From an uncultured Veillonella sp. (GTDB taxonomy: Bacteria; Bacillota; Negativicutes; Veillonellales; Veillonellaceae), in contig CAAFUD010000261.1 of the NCBI GenBank assembly GCA_900766125.1, positions 1 to 55,211 of the forward strand: 55,211 nucleotides of DNA. The letters run 5' to 3'. Shown here in pieces: positions 1-8,761 of this stretch (position 1 is its first letter; every line of letters starts with the position of its first letter). The notes beneath the pieces were generated by a model. That model did not search any database. It saw nothing but the letters and a program-made list of their open reading frames with translations, and was not told the DNA's origin. The position numbers were made by a program, and so were the translations under genes.

Positions 1-51
1 CAGGTAAAACTGTCATTCGTAATGTAGCTAAAGGCGCTGTCAAAGTAGTGA
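1..51 (+). repeat. Terminal direct repeat, identical to 55161-55211 (circular contig overlap)
   Basis: 51 nt exact identity (caggtaaaac...caaagtagtga) at both ends; the adhesin reading frame is continuous across the join. Confidence 0.9.
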
Positions 52-1013
52 ATGGCCAAAATACAACCGTTACTACAGGCACAGATGGTGATGCTACAAC
101 ATATGCAGTTAACGTATCTAATGATGCTATTAAAGGTGCAGTACAACCAGAACTCAATAAAAAGGCCAATACTGATGCTTCTAACCTAACAGGTACAGAT
201 GTATCCAAATGGCAAGAAAAACTCGGTACAGGCACTGTAGCAGCAGGAAACACAGGATTGGTAACAGGCGATACTGTATACAATGTTGTTAGAAATTCAG
301 CAGGTAATCCATTAGCTGTAGCTTATGATTCGACTGCTAAAGATCATATCTCCTTAAATGGTCAAAACGGAACTATCATTTCTAATGTTAGAAATGGTCA
401 AGTAGCTGAAGGTTCTATGGATGCTGTTAATGGTGGCCAATTATTTGAAACTAATAGTCGTATTAATCAATTAGGTGGCGAAGTAAAACACGTAGGCGCT
501 ATTTCTGCTGCTCTAGCAGGGTTACATCCACAAGAATATGATGACCATTATAAACTATCTATAGCAGTTGCTAGAGGTACTTATGATGGTGCAAGTGCTT
601 TTGCACTTGGTGCTTTCTATCGCCCTAATTCTGATTTAATGTTTAATGCAGCAAGTACTATTTCTTCTGGGAAAAAAGCCTATACAGTTGGTGTATCTTA
701 TAAATTTGGTACATCTACTAAACAATCTGTTCTTGCAGAAAATGCTGCTCTTCAAGATAAAGTAAATAAATTAGAATCTATGATGAATACTATCGTCAAT
801 AGTCCTTTATTTAAATTATCTAAAGAACGTTCTACATTCCCAGATGTTCCATCTGAACGTTGGGATGCACCTGCTGTAGAAACACTTCATGCTAACGGAA
901 TCATTCAAGGCTACCCAGATGGAACTTTTAAAGGTGATCAACCTATGTCCCGTTCTGAATATGCCAAAATGATTTACGAATTAGCGGAAAAGTTAACTAC
1001 TCCTAATAATTAA
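1..1013 (+). CDS. C-terminal part of YadA-like trimeric autotransporter adhesin (stalk, anchor, SLH domain); continues from 53081
   Basis: Neck motif MDAVNGGQL, YadA anchor (GAISAALAGL...YTVGVSYKFG), SLH motif FPDVP..W...AV..L...GII.GYPDGTFKGD..M.R.E.A. Confidence 0.9.
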   Translation, partial: GKTVIRNVAKGAVKVVNGQNTTVTTGTDGDATTYAVNVSNDAIKGAVQPELNKKANTDASNLTGTDVSKWQEKLGTGTVAAGNTGLVTGDTVYNVVRNSAGNPLAVAYDSTAKDHISLNGQNGTIISNVRNGQVAEGSMDAVNGGQLFETNSRINQLGGEVKHVGAISAALAGLHPQEYDDHYKLSIAVARGTYDGASAFALGAFYRPNSDLMFNAASTISSGKKAYTVGVSYKFGTSTKQSVLAENAALQDKVNKLESMMNTIVNSPLFKLSKERSTFPDVPSERWDAPAVETLHANGIIQGYPDGTFKGDQPMSRSEYAKMIYELAEKLTTPNN

Positions 1014-1025
1014 TCATCAAAAAAA

Positions 1026-1064
1026 CAAGTGCATAAGTAAAACTTATGCACTTGCCTATTTTTT
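1026..1064 (+). terminator. Intrinsic terminator after adhesin
   Basis: 13-bp stem caagtgcataagt/acttatgcacttg followed by a T-run. Confidence 0.75.
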
Positions 1065-1132
1065 ACTAACTGTATTTACACAAAACAATAAATTAATAAA
1101 AATATTTAGTATTTTATTGTTTAATACATGAG

Positions 1133-2878
1133 GTGTTAATTATGAATATTACTACGTTAAGTAATTTTAAAGCTCGCATTAATGATATTGAATTTAACAA
1201 TGAACAGGACTTTAATTCTGCATCATTTTTACTAGAAAATATAGAAGAACGCTTTAATATTTCAATCACAGATCCTGATTTTACAAAAGATGTAAAAGAC
1301 TTTGTAGAACTTGCTTCTATTAAAGTTGATAACTTTTCTTATAGTGAATTAGAAAATGCTACAGTTTCATCTATTATGAATGCAACTAAATTATCTGATA
1401 TACAATTTTTAGCAAATGATTATGATGACGGTAATTATAAATGGAACAGTTATATCAATGATAAAGTAAAAGAGCATAGAGGGTATCCATATATTATTGA
1501 TGCTATTACTAGAGAACAATTCAATGCAATTGAATCTAATAATTCTATTGATACATTGTTGACTACTCCATTAAATAATAATTTATCTGTACAAGATAAA
1601 GAAGAGTTGTATGACAATGTAAATGAATATTACTCTAATAATTTTTTAGATGATGATTATGATGACGATTTTGAGTTTTTATATCCTAAAGATAATATTT
1701 ACGATACAGATGTTAATCAGATTGTACCTTCTGTTTTTGAGAAAAAAACAACTATTGGATTAGGTACTTGGGAATCTTGTGAAGAACTATATAATGGTGG
1801 TACTGAAGCGATTCATAAAGCCTTTATTAGTCGTGGTGAAAGTATATATAATGATGATGCATTAGAATCTAATCCAGAACTTAATAAACGGTATATTCCT
1901 CTTGAACGTGAATCATATTCGTATCGTAAATTTATCCTTGAACTAGATACCTATCTTGGTACTAACGATAAAGGCTATTATGTAGATCTTAATACTGGTT
2001 CCATTAATGATAGTCATTTATCCTTTATGAATAATGACATTATTAGTGATTCTAGCCTAGATGGGTATCCTGGTAATGAAGCACTTTACAATTATTATCC
2101 AGTTGCTATTGCTAAAGGGATGGCCACTAATCAAATTGCAGCAGATGGAGATATTCTCACTCAATTACCTGATATTATAGGTGAAACTCAATATAACGAA
2201 TTTAAAAAGGAGTTAGAGCATATTCAAGCTGAATACCCTAATCAAATTGACTATACTATCAATGATAATGGAATTGTTACAGGAATTACCCCATATTATG
2301 GTATTTATAATACTATATACAATCCTGGCACAACGGTAATTACTGATTTAGATCTTAAATATAAAGATAAAATCAATTTGTATCATGTATTAAATGGTAG
2401 AGAAGAACGCCCTATTGCAGCTATTATTACCAATGGCGTATCAAGTCAAGATTTTGAGGGCGAACATTTATTACCTGAAAATTTACGAAATGATGATAGT
2501 AAAATCATTGAGATGACAAAAAAATATGAAAACCTCTTAACTGATGAAGAAAAAAGTGTTTTTGAACATAAGTATAGAAGTGTGGCAGAAACTTTAACAA
2601 ATTCTAATGGTGGTCTTAACTTTTCTAAATTTGATAAAGAAACACAAGCTATGATGGAATCTTATGTTCGTTTAGATAAAGCAGGTCATCTTCCTCGATC
2701 ATTTACAATACGAGATATGGAAAATGTAATTCAATATAATATGGAAGTGAAATTAGAAGGGTTATTAAATCAACGTTCTGAACAAGAACTTTCAAAGAAC
2801 AATCAATTAACTGCCTCTAAAGAAACTCCTAAAATTTCATTCTCTAAACCAAAAGAAAATAAAGGTTTGGAACGATAA
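1133..2878 (+). CDS. Hypothetical acidic 581-aa protein with basic C-terminal tail (KISFSKPKENKGLER)
   Basis: Long ORF with GAGGTG RBS; no family recognised. Confidence 0.7.
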   Translation: MLIMNITTLSNFKARINDIEFNNEQDFNSASFLLENIEERFNISITDPDFTKDVKDFVELASIKVDNFSYSELENATVSSIMNATKLSDIQFLANDYDDGNYKWNSYINDKVKEHRGYPYIIDAITREQFNAIESNNSIDTLLTTPLNNNLSVQDKEELYDNVNEYYSNNFLDDDYDDDFEFLYPKDNIYDTDVNQIVPSVFEKKTTIGLGTWESCEELYNGGTEAIHKAFISRGESIYNDDALESNPELNKRYIPLERESYSYRKFILELDTYLGTNDKGYYVDLNTGSINDSHLSFMNNDIISDSSLDGYPGNEALYNYYPVAIAKGMATNQIAADGDILTQLPDIIGETQYNEFKKELEHIQAEYPNQIDYTINDNGIVTGITPYYGIYNTIYNPGTTVITDLDLKYKDKINLYHVLNGREERPIAAIITNGVSSQDFEGEHLLPENLRNDDSKIIEMTKKYENLLTDEEKSVFEHKYRSVAETLTNSNGGLNFSKFDKETQAMMESYVRLDKAGHLPRSFTIRDMENVIQYNMEVKLEGLLNQRSEQELSKNNQLTASKETPKISFSKPKENKGLER

Positions 2879-2965
2879 TTACATATTATTAGTGGTTGAA
2901 AACGATAAAAAAGCAATGTTTATAAGGCGATAATTAAAAAATAGGATAAAGAGGAATAAAAACAT

Positions 2966-3523
2966 ATGGCTTCTGTAGATAATAAGAATAATAATGAATT
3001 AGATAAATTTTTATTTAGTAATACGATAATAAATCAATTTAGTAGTTATGTAGATGATATTGAAAAGTTTAAAAATTTAGAATCAACGAATCGTTTTTTT
3101 AATAGTATTCTTTGTGTTATTTTACTCATTATGATTTTACATATTTTTATCCATAGTATCAGTGAATATATACCTTTTATATGCATTGCTATAAGTACGG
3201 TAATAGTTTGTTGTAAAATTCAAACTAAAGCAGAATTAACTAACATTGTAAAAGATTCATTTAAACGATACATTATATTACATCTATTAGATCAAAAAGA
3301 AGTTATCAATTTTCCAAATCCTATAGAGTTTACAGGATTTGAATTTGTTAAATCTGTATTAGATGATATACACATATTTGATCCATCAATTTGTATAATT
3401 GAACATATTGGTTATACATCTGATAAACATATAGAATCTGTTACTTTTAGAAGCATTGATTCAGAAAAACTAAGAAAAATCATTAATTTAAATAAATTGG
3501 AACACTTTGAATATATGCCATGA
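2966..3523 (+). CDS. Hypothetical membrane protein (2 TM), paralogue of 3549-4070
   Basis: GAGG RBS; hydrophobic segments; C-terminal half resembles the next ORF. Confidence 0.6.
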   Translation: MASVDNKNNNELDKFLFSNTIINQFSSYVDDIEKFKNLESTNRFFNSILCVILLIMILHIFIHSISEYIPFICIAISTVIVCCKIQTKAELTNIVKDSFKRYIILHLLDQKEVINFPNPIEFTGFEFVKSVLDDIHIFDPSICIIEHIGYTSDKHIESVTFRSIDSEKLRKIINLNKLEHFEYMP

Positions 3524-3548
3524 ATAGATTTATATAAAAGGAATTACC

Positions 3549-4070
3549 ATGAATCAGAAATTTGAAACACTTATTCCATATATTACCTATAATAAAAAAG
3601 GAGGTTTTTTATACTCATTATTAATTAATAGATTCAGTTTTTTATTGTTAGGTATTTTATATGCATTAAATTTTTATTTTAATATAATTTCTTATTTTAG
3701 TAGTAGCATAACCTTCTTTATTATTAGTATCTTATTATTTATTAAAGATATGATAGATAACCAAAATAGGAAATTAGCAGCAATTGAGGGGTTTAAAATT
3801 TTTATTCTGATTCACTTAATTAATCAGGAACGTTTGATTAATTTTATTAAACCTATTAGCGAAAAAGAACTATCAATAATTTATGAATTGCTTAATGAAA
3901 TAAATAAAGAGGATTCTATTTGTATACTTCAACAAATTTATTATGAACCAGACAATCGTAATTTAATTAGTTCTATTTCTATTAAAATTAATAATCTAGC
4001 AGCTTTCAATTCTAACATTAACCCTATAAAAAATAGCTACTTTGATTTCTTTGCTCCTATTTTAAAATAA
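3549..4070 (+). CDS. Hypothetical membrane protein (2 TM), paralogue of 2966-3523
   Basis: AAGGA RBS; FK.(Y/F)I..HL..Q...INF..PI...SICI...I.Y shared with the previous ORF. Confidence 0.6.
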   Translation: MNQKFETLIPYITYNKKGGFLYSLLINRFSFLLLGILYALNFYFNIISYFSSSITFFIISILLFIKDMIDNQNRKLAAIEGFKIFILIHLINQERLINFIKPISEKELSIIYELLNEINKEDSICILQQIYYEPDNRNLISSISIKINNLAAFNSNINPIKNSYFDFFAPILK

Positions 4071-4149
4071 GATAGATAAGTTCTTTAAAATTGTATTTGA
4101 CAGGTAAATTAGCTTAATATAAGCTAATTTAATAATAGGAGGTAGCTTC

Positions 4150-4944
4150 ATGAGAAAAGTCGGATTTGATAAAGCTTTATTTATAGCAGAAAAGATGCGC
4201 CCTGAATTTACTTACAATATGGCTAAATTAGAGGGCAATACAGCAACTTATTCCCAGGTAGAAACTATTGTTCATGGTTTATCTGTATCTGGTCTAAGTA
4301 TGCAAGATATACGACAAGTTGATAATATTGCTCGTGGTTGGAACCTGTTATTAGATGAGTTAAAAAATGGAGATTTTTCTCTATCTAAACAAAATACTAT
4401 TTTCTTAAATATGACTGTGTCTGAAGGAGAAAATAGATTAAATTTTGGTTCCTTTAGAAATGGGCCTGTTGCTATCAATGGTACAGATTATATTCCACCA
4501 ATGCATTTAGATTTACCATTACAATGGGATTCTATGATTAATTCATATAAATCCATTAGTGATCCATTAGAACAATCTATTTTCTTGTATGGAGAGCTTG
4601 CTAAAAATCAATTTTTTGGTGATGGTAATAAAAGAACTGCCTTATTGGTTATGAACGGATGCTTAATTAGCGAAGGATACTGCCCTATTACTATTTCACC
4701 AAATGATAATAAGGAATATCGTGATGTTTTATTAAATTACTATGAGAATTCAGAGGAATATAAACAACAATTTTCTGATTTTATGAAATATCAGCAATTA
4801 AAAGTACTCAAAAAATGGTCATATGATATTGATTTACCAAATACAGAATCTGAATTAGGAAAAACTATTGATGCAAGTAATATAAAAACTAAACCTGCTG
4901 TTAAAATTACTGTTATAAAAAATAAGGATGGTAGAGTTAGATGA
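4150..4944 (+). CDS. Fic/Doc family protein
   Basis: Motif QFFGDGNKRTA (His replaced by Gln), N-terminal YNMAKLEGN; AGGAGG RBS. Confidence 0.85.
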   Translation: MRKVGFDKALFIAEKMRPEFTYNMAKLEGNTATYSQVETIVHGLSVSGLSMQDIRQVDNIARGWNLLLDELKNGDFSLSKQNTIFLNMTVSEGENRLNFGSFRNGPVAINGTDYIPPMHLDLPLQWDSMINSYKSISDPLEQSIFLYGELAKNQFFGDGNKRTALLVMNGCLISEGYCPITISPNDNKEYRDVLLNYYENSEEYKQQFSDFMKYQQLKVLKKWSYDIDLPNTESELGKTIDASNIKTKPAVKITVIKNKDGRVR

Positions 4945-4945
4945 T

Positions 4946-4983
4946 AAATAGGGCTATGTGAAATATCATATAGCCCTATTTTA
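4946..4983 (+). terminator. Intrinsic terminator after fic
   Basis: aaatagggctat/atagccctattt stem with T-run. Confidence 0.7.
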
Positions 4984-4992
4984 TTTGATTGT

Positions 4993-5120
4993 AATGTATC
5001 AAAAAGTATTACATTTGATACATTAGTTATTTATGCTGCTTTTTGTATCAAAAAGTTGTATAATATATATATGAAACATTTCATATTATAATTATATATT
5101 TTGATACATTTTGATATATA
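4993..5120. promoter_or_regulatory. Probable res site for the serine resolvase
   Basis: Repeated TGTATCAAA / TTTGATACA inverted half-sites (4993-5003 with 5014-5024; 5044-5053; 5099-5108). Confidence 0.6.
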
Positions 5121-5182
5121 TAGGATATATTTATTTGAGTACAAAAGAACAGAGTATAGCACGTCAAAAAGGAGAACTTAAT

Positions 5183-5374
5183 ATGGAATTAAAAACTCTA
5201 AGAAATTCACTTCAAGAAGATATTAATTCTTTTGAATTAGCCCTTAAAACAGGTAAAGATTTAGATATTTGGATTGAAGAATTACAATCTAGTTTAAAAG
5301 CCAATTATTATGGCCATGTTATTGATGAGAATACTTTTAATATTTTATGGAATAAATATTTTGGAGGAAATTAA
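5183..5374 (+). CDS. Small protein (63 aa), candidate antitoxin of the downstream HipA-like kinase
   Basis: ATG at 5183 after AAGGAG; 2 bp from the hipA-like gene. Antitoxin role is inferred from position only. Confidence 0.55.
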   Translation: MELKTLRNSLQEDINSFELALKTGKDLDIWIEELQSSLKANYYGHVIDENTFNILWNKYFGGN

Positions 5375-5376
5375 TA

Positions 5377-6336
5377 ATGGACTTTACAAATAATCCTATT
5401 GATAAATCTAAAGTATATGGTGGTAAAAATGGTAATAAAATCGCTATATTAATTAATAACGAACCATATATGTTGAAATTTCCGCCTATTAATAATATAA
5501 AAGGACATGAAATATCCTATAAGAATGATTGTATTAGTGAATATATATCGTGTCATATTTATAATGCACTAAATATTCCCGCCCAAGATACTCTTCTCGG
5601 TACATTTTCTATGAGTAATGGAACTCAAAAAATTGTTGTTGCTTGTAAGGATATAACTGAGCCTAATAAAAAGCTTGTAGACTTTGCTTCTCTAAAAAAT
5701 ACTATTATTGATAGTGAACATAATGGATATGGTACAGATTTAGAAGATATATTAAACACCATTAGAGAACAAACTAGAATAGATTCTAGTTTACTAGAAG
5801 AAAGATTTTGGGATATGTTTGTGGTTGATACTCTTACAGGAAACTTTGATAGACATAATGGTAATTGGGGATTCTTAATAGATAATAACAGTAAAGAATG
5901 GTCATTGGCCCCTGTGTATGATTGTGGTTCCACATTATTATCAGCCTCTTCTGATAAACAAAAACAACTTTGCTTAGATAATCAGCAAGAAATGTTAAAA
6001 AGAATATATGAATATCCAACATCAGCTATTTATTATAATGATGCTAAAATCAATATGTATAGATTTCTACAGGAATATGATAATCCTGTATTAGCTAAAT
6101 CATTAAAAAAGATTGTCCCTTTAGTAAACAGTGAACTAATTAATCCAATTATTGATAAAACTCCATATATTAGTGATATTAGTAAAACATTTTATAAAGA
6201 ATTTTTACAAAAACGTCATGAATTAATCTTAGTACCTGCACTAAGTCGGATTAAAAAAAATGAATTATTAAATACTGTTGCTCCATTAAAAATTTCATTG
6301 TCTAAACCAAAAGAGAGAGGAGGATTAGAACGATGA
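5377..6336 (+). CDS. HipA-domain (CtkA-like) Ser/Thr kinase toxin
   Basis: YMLKFP, ISEYISCHIY, GNFDRHNGNWG, LAPVYDCGS kinase motifs. Confidence 0.85.
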   Translation: MDFTNNPIDKSKVYGGKNGNKIAILINNEPYMLKFPPINNIKGHEISYKNDCISEYISCHIYNALNIPAQDTLLGTFSMSNGTQKIVVACKDITEPNKKLVDFASLKNTIIDSEHNGYGTDLEDILNTIREQTRIDSSLLEERFWDMFVVDTLTGNFDRHNGNWGFLIDNNSKEWSLAPVYDCGSTLLSASSDKQKQLCLDNQQEMLKRIYEYPTSAIYYNDAKINMYRFLQEYDNPVLAKSLKKIVPLVNSELINPIIDKTPYISDISKTFYKEFLQKRHELILVPALSRIKKNELLNTVAPLKISLSKPKERGGLER

Positions 6337-6968
6337 AATTAGGCTATATTCGAGTGAGTACAAAAGAACAGAGTATAGCACGTCAAAAAGAAGAATTATT
6401 AAAACATGGAGTAGAAGAACGATTTTTATTTATAGATAAAACATCAGGTAAATCTTTCAATCGTGAACAGTATCAAATTCTAAAGTTAGCTTTACGTCAA
6501 GGTGATGAACTATATGTACATGAACTAGATCGATTAGGAAGAAATAAAAAAGCAATTTCTGAAGAACTACAATATTTTAAAGAACATAATATTATTGTAC
6601 GTATTTTAGATGTGCCAACTACAATGATTGATTACTCTACTTTTACTGATTCGATTGCTAAATCTATGCTTGAAATGATTAACAATCTTCTCATTGAAGT
6701 ATTGTCTACTCTTGCAGAACAAGAACTAGCTAAATTACACAAAAGACAGTCTGAAGGTATTCTTGCTGCTCATATAAAAGGTGTTAAATTCGGACGTCCT
6801 TGTATTCCATTTCCTGAATCTTTTTCTATCATCTATGATGGATGGAAAAATAAAGCATATACTGCTGTTGAAGCTAGAAGAAAATTAGGCATTACTCATT
6901 CAACATTTTATCGCATGGTAAAAAAATATGAATCATCATTAGAGAATATTAAAACAACAAAACAATAA
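6333..6968 (+). CDS. Serine recombinase (resolvase) with C-terminal HTH
   Basis: GYIRVSTKEQSIARQ, LDRLGRN, GVKFGRP, HSTFYR. Confidence 0.95.
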   Translation: MKLGYIRVSTKEQSIARQKEELLKHGVEERFLFIDKTSGKSFNREQYQILKLALRQGDELYVHELDRLGRNKKAISEELQYFKEHNIIVRILDVPTTMIDYSTFTDSIAKSMLEMINNLLIEVLSTLAEQELAKLHKRQSEGILAAHIKGVKFGRPCIPFPESFSIIYDGWKNKAYTAVEARRKLGITHSTFYRMVKKYESSLENIKTTKQ

Positions 6969-7036
6969 ATTATTTTATCATTTTGTTGTTTTAACAAGAA
7001 GAAATATATTGATTGATTGGGAGTACCAATTTGACT

Positions 7037-7234
7037 ATGGAGCAATTAGAATTATGTGGCTATTGTGGTCACAAACCAACAATTTCTGTATACTTTAGTT
7101 TACGAGATCAAACTATTTCATATCATATTGAATGTCCGTATTGTCATCATGATGAAGTAGTATCATCTTTAAAAAATGAGGCAATCAGAAAATGGAACTA
7201 TTTATTTCCTAGCCTTTTTCATTTGAATGATTAG
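7037..7234 (+). CDS. Lar-family (restriction alleviation-like) zinc-ribbon protein
   Basis: LELCGYCG...IECPYC...EAIRKWN pattern. Confidence 0.6.
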   Translation: MEQLELCGYCGHKPTISVYFSLRDQTISYHIECPYCHHDEVVSSLKNEAIRKWNYLFPSLFHLND

Positions 7235-7254
7235 TGTATTTATAATAGAATAGA

Positions 7255-7310
7255 AAGTGTTCGTAGCACCGTACACGAAGCTACGCAAAGATTGTGTACA
7301 ATTACCAAGT
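7255..7310 (+). ncRNA. Candidate CptI-like pseudoknot antitoxin RNA (single unit)
   Basis: Stem 1 cgtagc(7262-67)/gctacg(7280-85); loop gtacac(7271-76) pairs with gtgtac(7294-99); TATAAT at 7241; directly upstream of a CptN-like ORF. Confidence 0.6.
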
Positions 7311-7325
7311 TGCGTGAGGTGTATT

Positions 7326-7787
7326 ATGAATATCGGTTTCTATTTTATAAAATCTGATTTTTTTAAACTTGTTAACTCTGGATTAGAATGGATGGATTCT
7401 AAGACTAACAAGCATATGTATTTTGTATTACCATTTAAAAATGAATTATGGGCGATCCCGCTATCTAGCCAATATGATAAGTATAAGAATTGGTATAATG
7501 AGGCAAAACAACTTAATAAAAAAAATAGATTTCTTGTGTTTGTTAACGTGATGAATAGAGATGGGGTTCTTCTAATTCAAAACGCTTTTCCTATCAATGA
7601 ATACTTTATTGATAGAGAAGCTTTTGATCATAATAATAAACACTTAACTCTACCTTTAGACCTCATTCAGTTCGTGGAAAAACGGCTAAAACTAATGAAT
7701 ACGTATGAAGAGAAAGGAATATTAAGCTTTCATGCAGATTTAAGCTTAATCCGTAATATTTTACATAAAGATAGCGGTAAACTATAG
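7326..7787 (+). CDS. Type III toxin-antitoxin toxin, CptIN-like endoribonuclease
   Basis: GFYFIKSDFF, LWAIPLSSQYDKYK, LLIQNAFPI motifs; GAGGTG RBS before ATG 7326. Confidence 0.7.
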   Translation: MNIGFYFIKSDFFKLVNSGLEWMDSKTNKHMYFVLPFKNELWAIPLSSQYDKYKNWYNEAKQLNKKNRFLVFVNVMNRDGVLLIQNAFPINEYFIDREAFDHNNKHLTLPLDLIQFVEKRLKLMNTYEEKGILSFHADLSLIRNILHKDSGKL

Positions 7788-7837
7788 GTTTACCGCTATC
7801 TTTTGATTATAAGCCCTGGAGGCAGGAAGGTTTAATT

Positions 7838-8722
7838 GTGAGTTATATCAACTTTAATGATATTCAGTTGACAGAAGTGTGTAACCGATTAGGTTTAGCT
7901 ATTATTAAACATGGATATGGTGGAAATTATAAAGTAAAAAATTTTGGAGGCTTGATTATTAAAGATTCCTATTTCTATCAACATAGTACTGGAGAAAAAG
8001 GGGGCGTTATTAAATTTGTAATGTTAACAGAAGGCTGTTCATATCAAGCAGCTATTGAACTAATTAAAGAGATATTTAATGATGACATACCTCAAAACAG
8101 TGCTATTTCATCAAATCAATACTCTGTTTCTGAAGATAAGAAAAAAACGAACATATTTATCCCACCTGCCTGGAATAACGATCATAAAATTATTAATTAC
8201 CTTGAATCCAGGTGTATATCAAGGGATTTAATTAATCAAGAAATTAAGGCAAATCGAATAAAAGGGGTATCTATTAAGGGGTATCTTAATGTTGCTTTTT
8301 TATGTTATGATTTAACAGACCATACTCTTATAAAAGGAGCTATTATTAGAGGTGTAGAAGGTTCTTTTAAAGGAAACATAATAGATTCTGATGGTGATTA
8401 TGGATATTGTATAGCTCCTAATCAATCATCAGTTAAATCTATCTATATTTTTGAGGCTCCGATAGATCTTTTATCCTATTTAACCATGTATCAACAAGAT
8501 CCAAATATTGTTTATTGTGCTATGGGCGGTGTTAAACCAAGAGTGGTTGAAAAACTAATTGAACGATTTAATCCTAGCTCTATCACGTGCTGCACGGACA
8601 ATGATATAGCAGGTGATAAATTCTATAATGAACTCAAACATTTATATCCTAATTTAAGAATACGACGTCAAACTTCTAAATCAAAAGATTGGAATGAAGA
8701 TTTACAAAATCTATATTCCTGA
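7838..8722 (+). CDS. Toprim-domain primase-like protein (DUF3991/Toprim type)
   Basis: YLESRCIS, IYIFEAPIDLLSY, CTDNDIAG, KDWNEDL. Confidence 0.85.
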   Translation: MSYINFNDIQLTEVCNRLGLAIIKHGYGGNYKVKNFGGLIIKDSYFYQHSTGEKGGVIKFVMLTEGCSYQAAIELIKEIFNDDIPQNSAISSNQYSVSEDKKKTNIFIPPAWNNDHKIINYLESRCISRDLINQEIKANRIKGVSIKGYLNVAFLCYDLTDHTLIKGAIIRGVEGSFKGNIIDSDGDYGYCIAPNQSSVKSIYIFEAPIDLLSYLTMYQQDPNIVYCAMGGVKPRVVEKLIERFNPSSITCCTDNDIAGDKFYNELKHLYPNLRIRRQTSKSKDWNEDLQNLYS

Positions 8723-8761
8723 AAAGTATGTGCATTAGATGCTATCTAATGCACTATTTTT

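Noticed and set aside
5111..5182. TTG start at 5111 giving an 87-aa resolvase-like N-terminus
   Set aside because: This segment is the decayed duplicate of the resolvase 5' end; the better RBS precedes ATG 5183.
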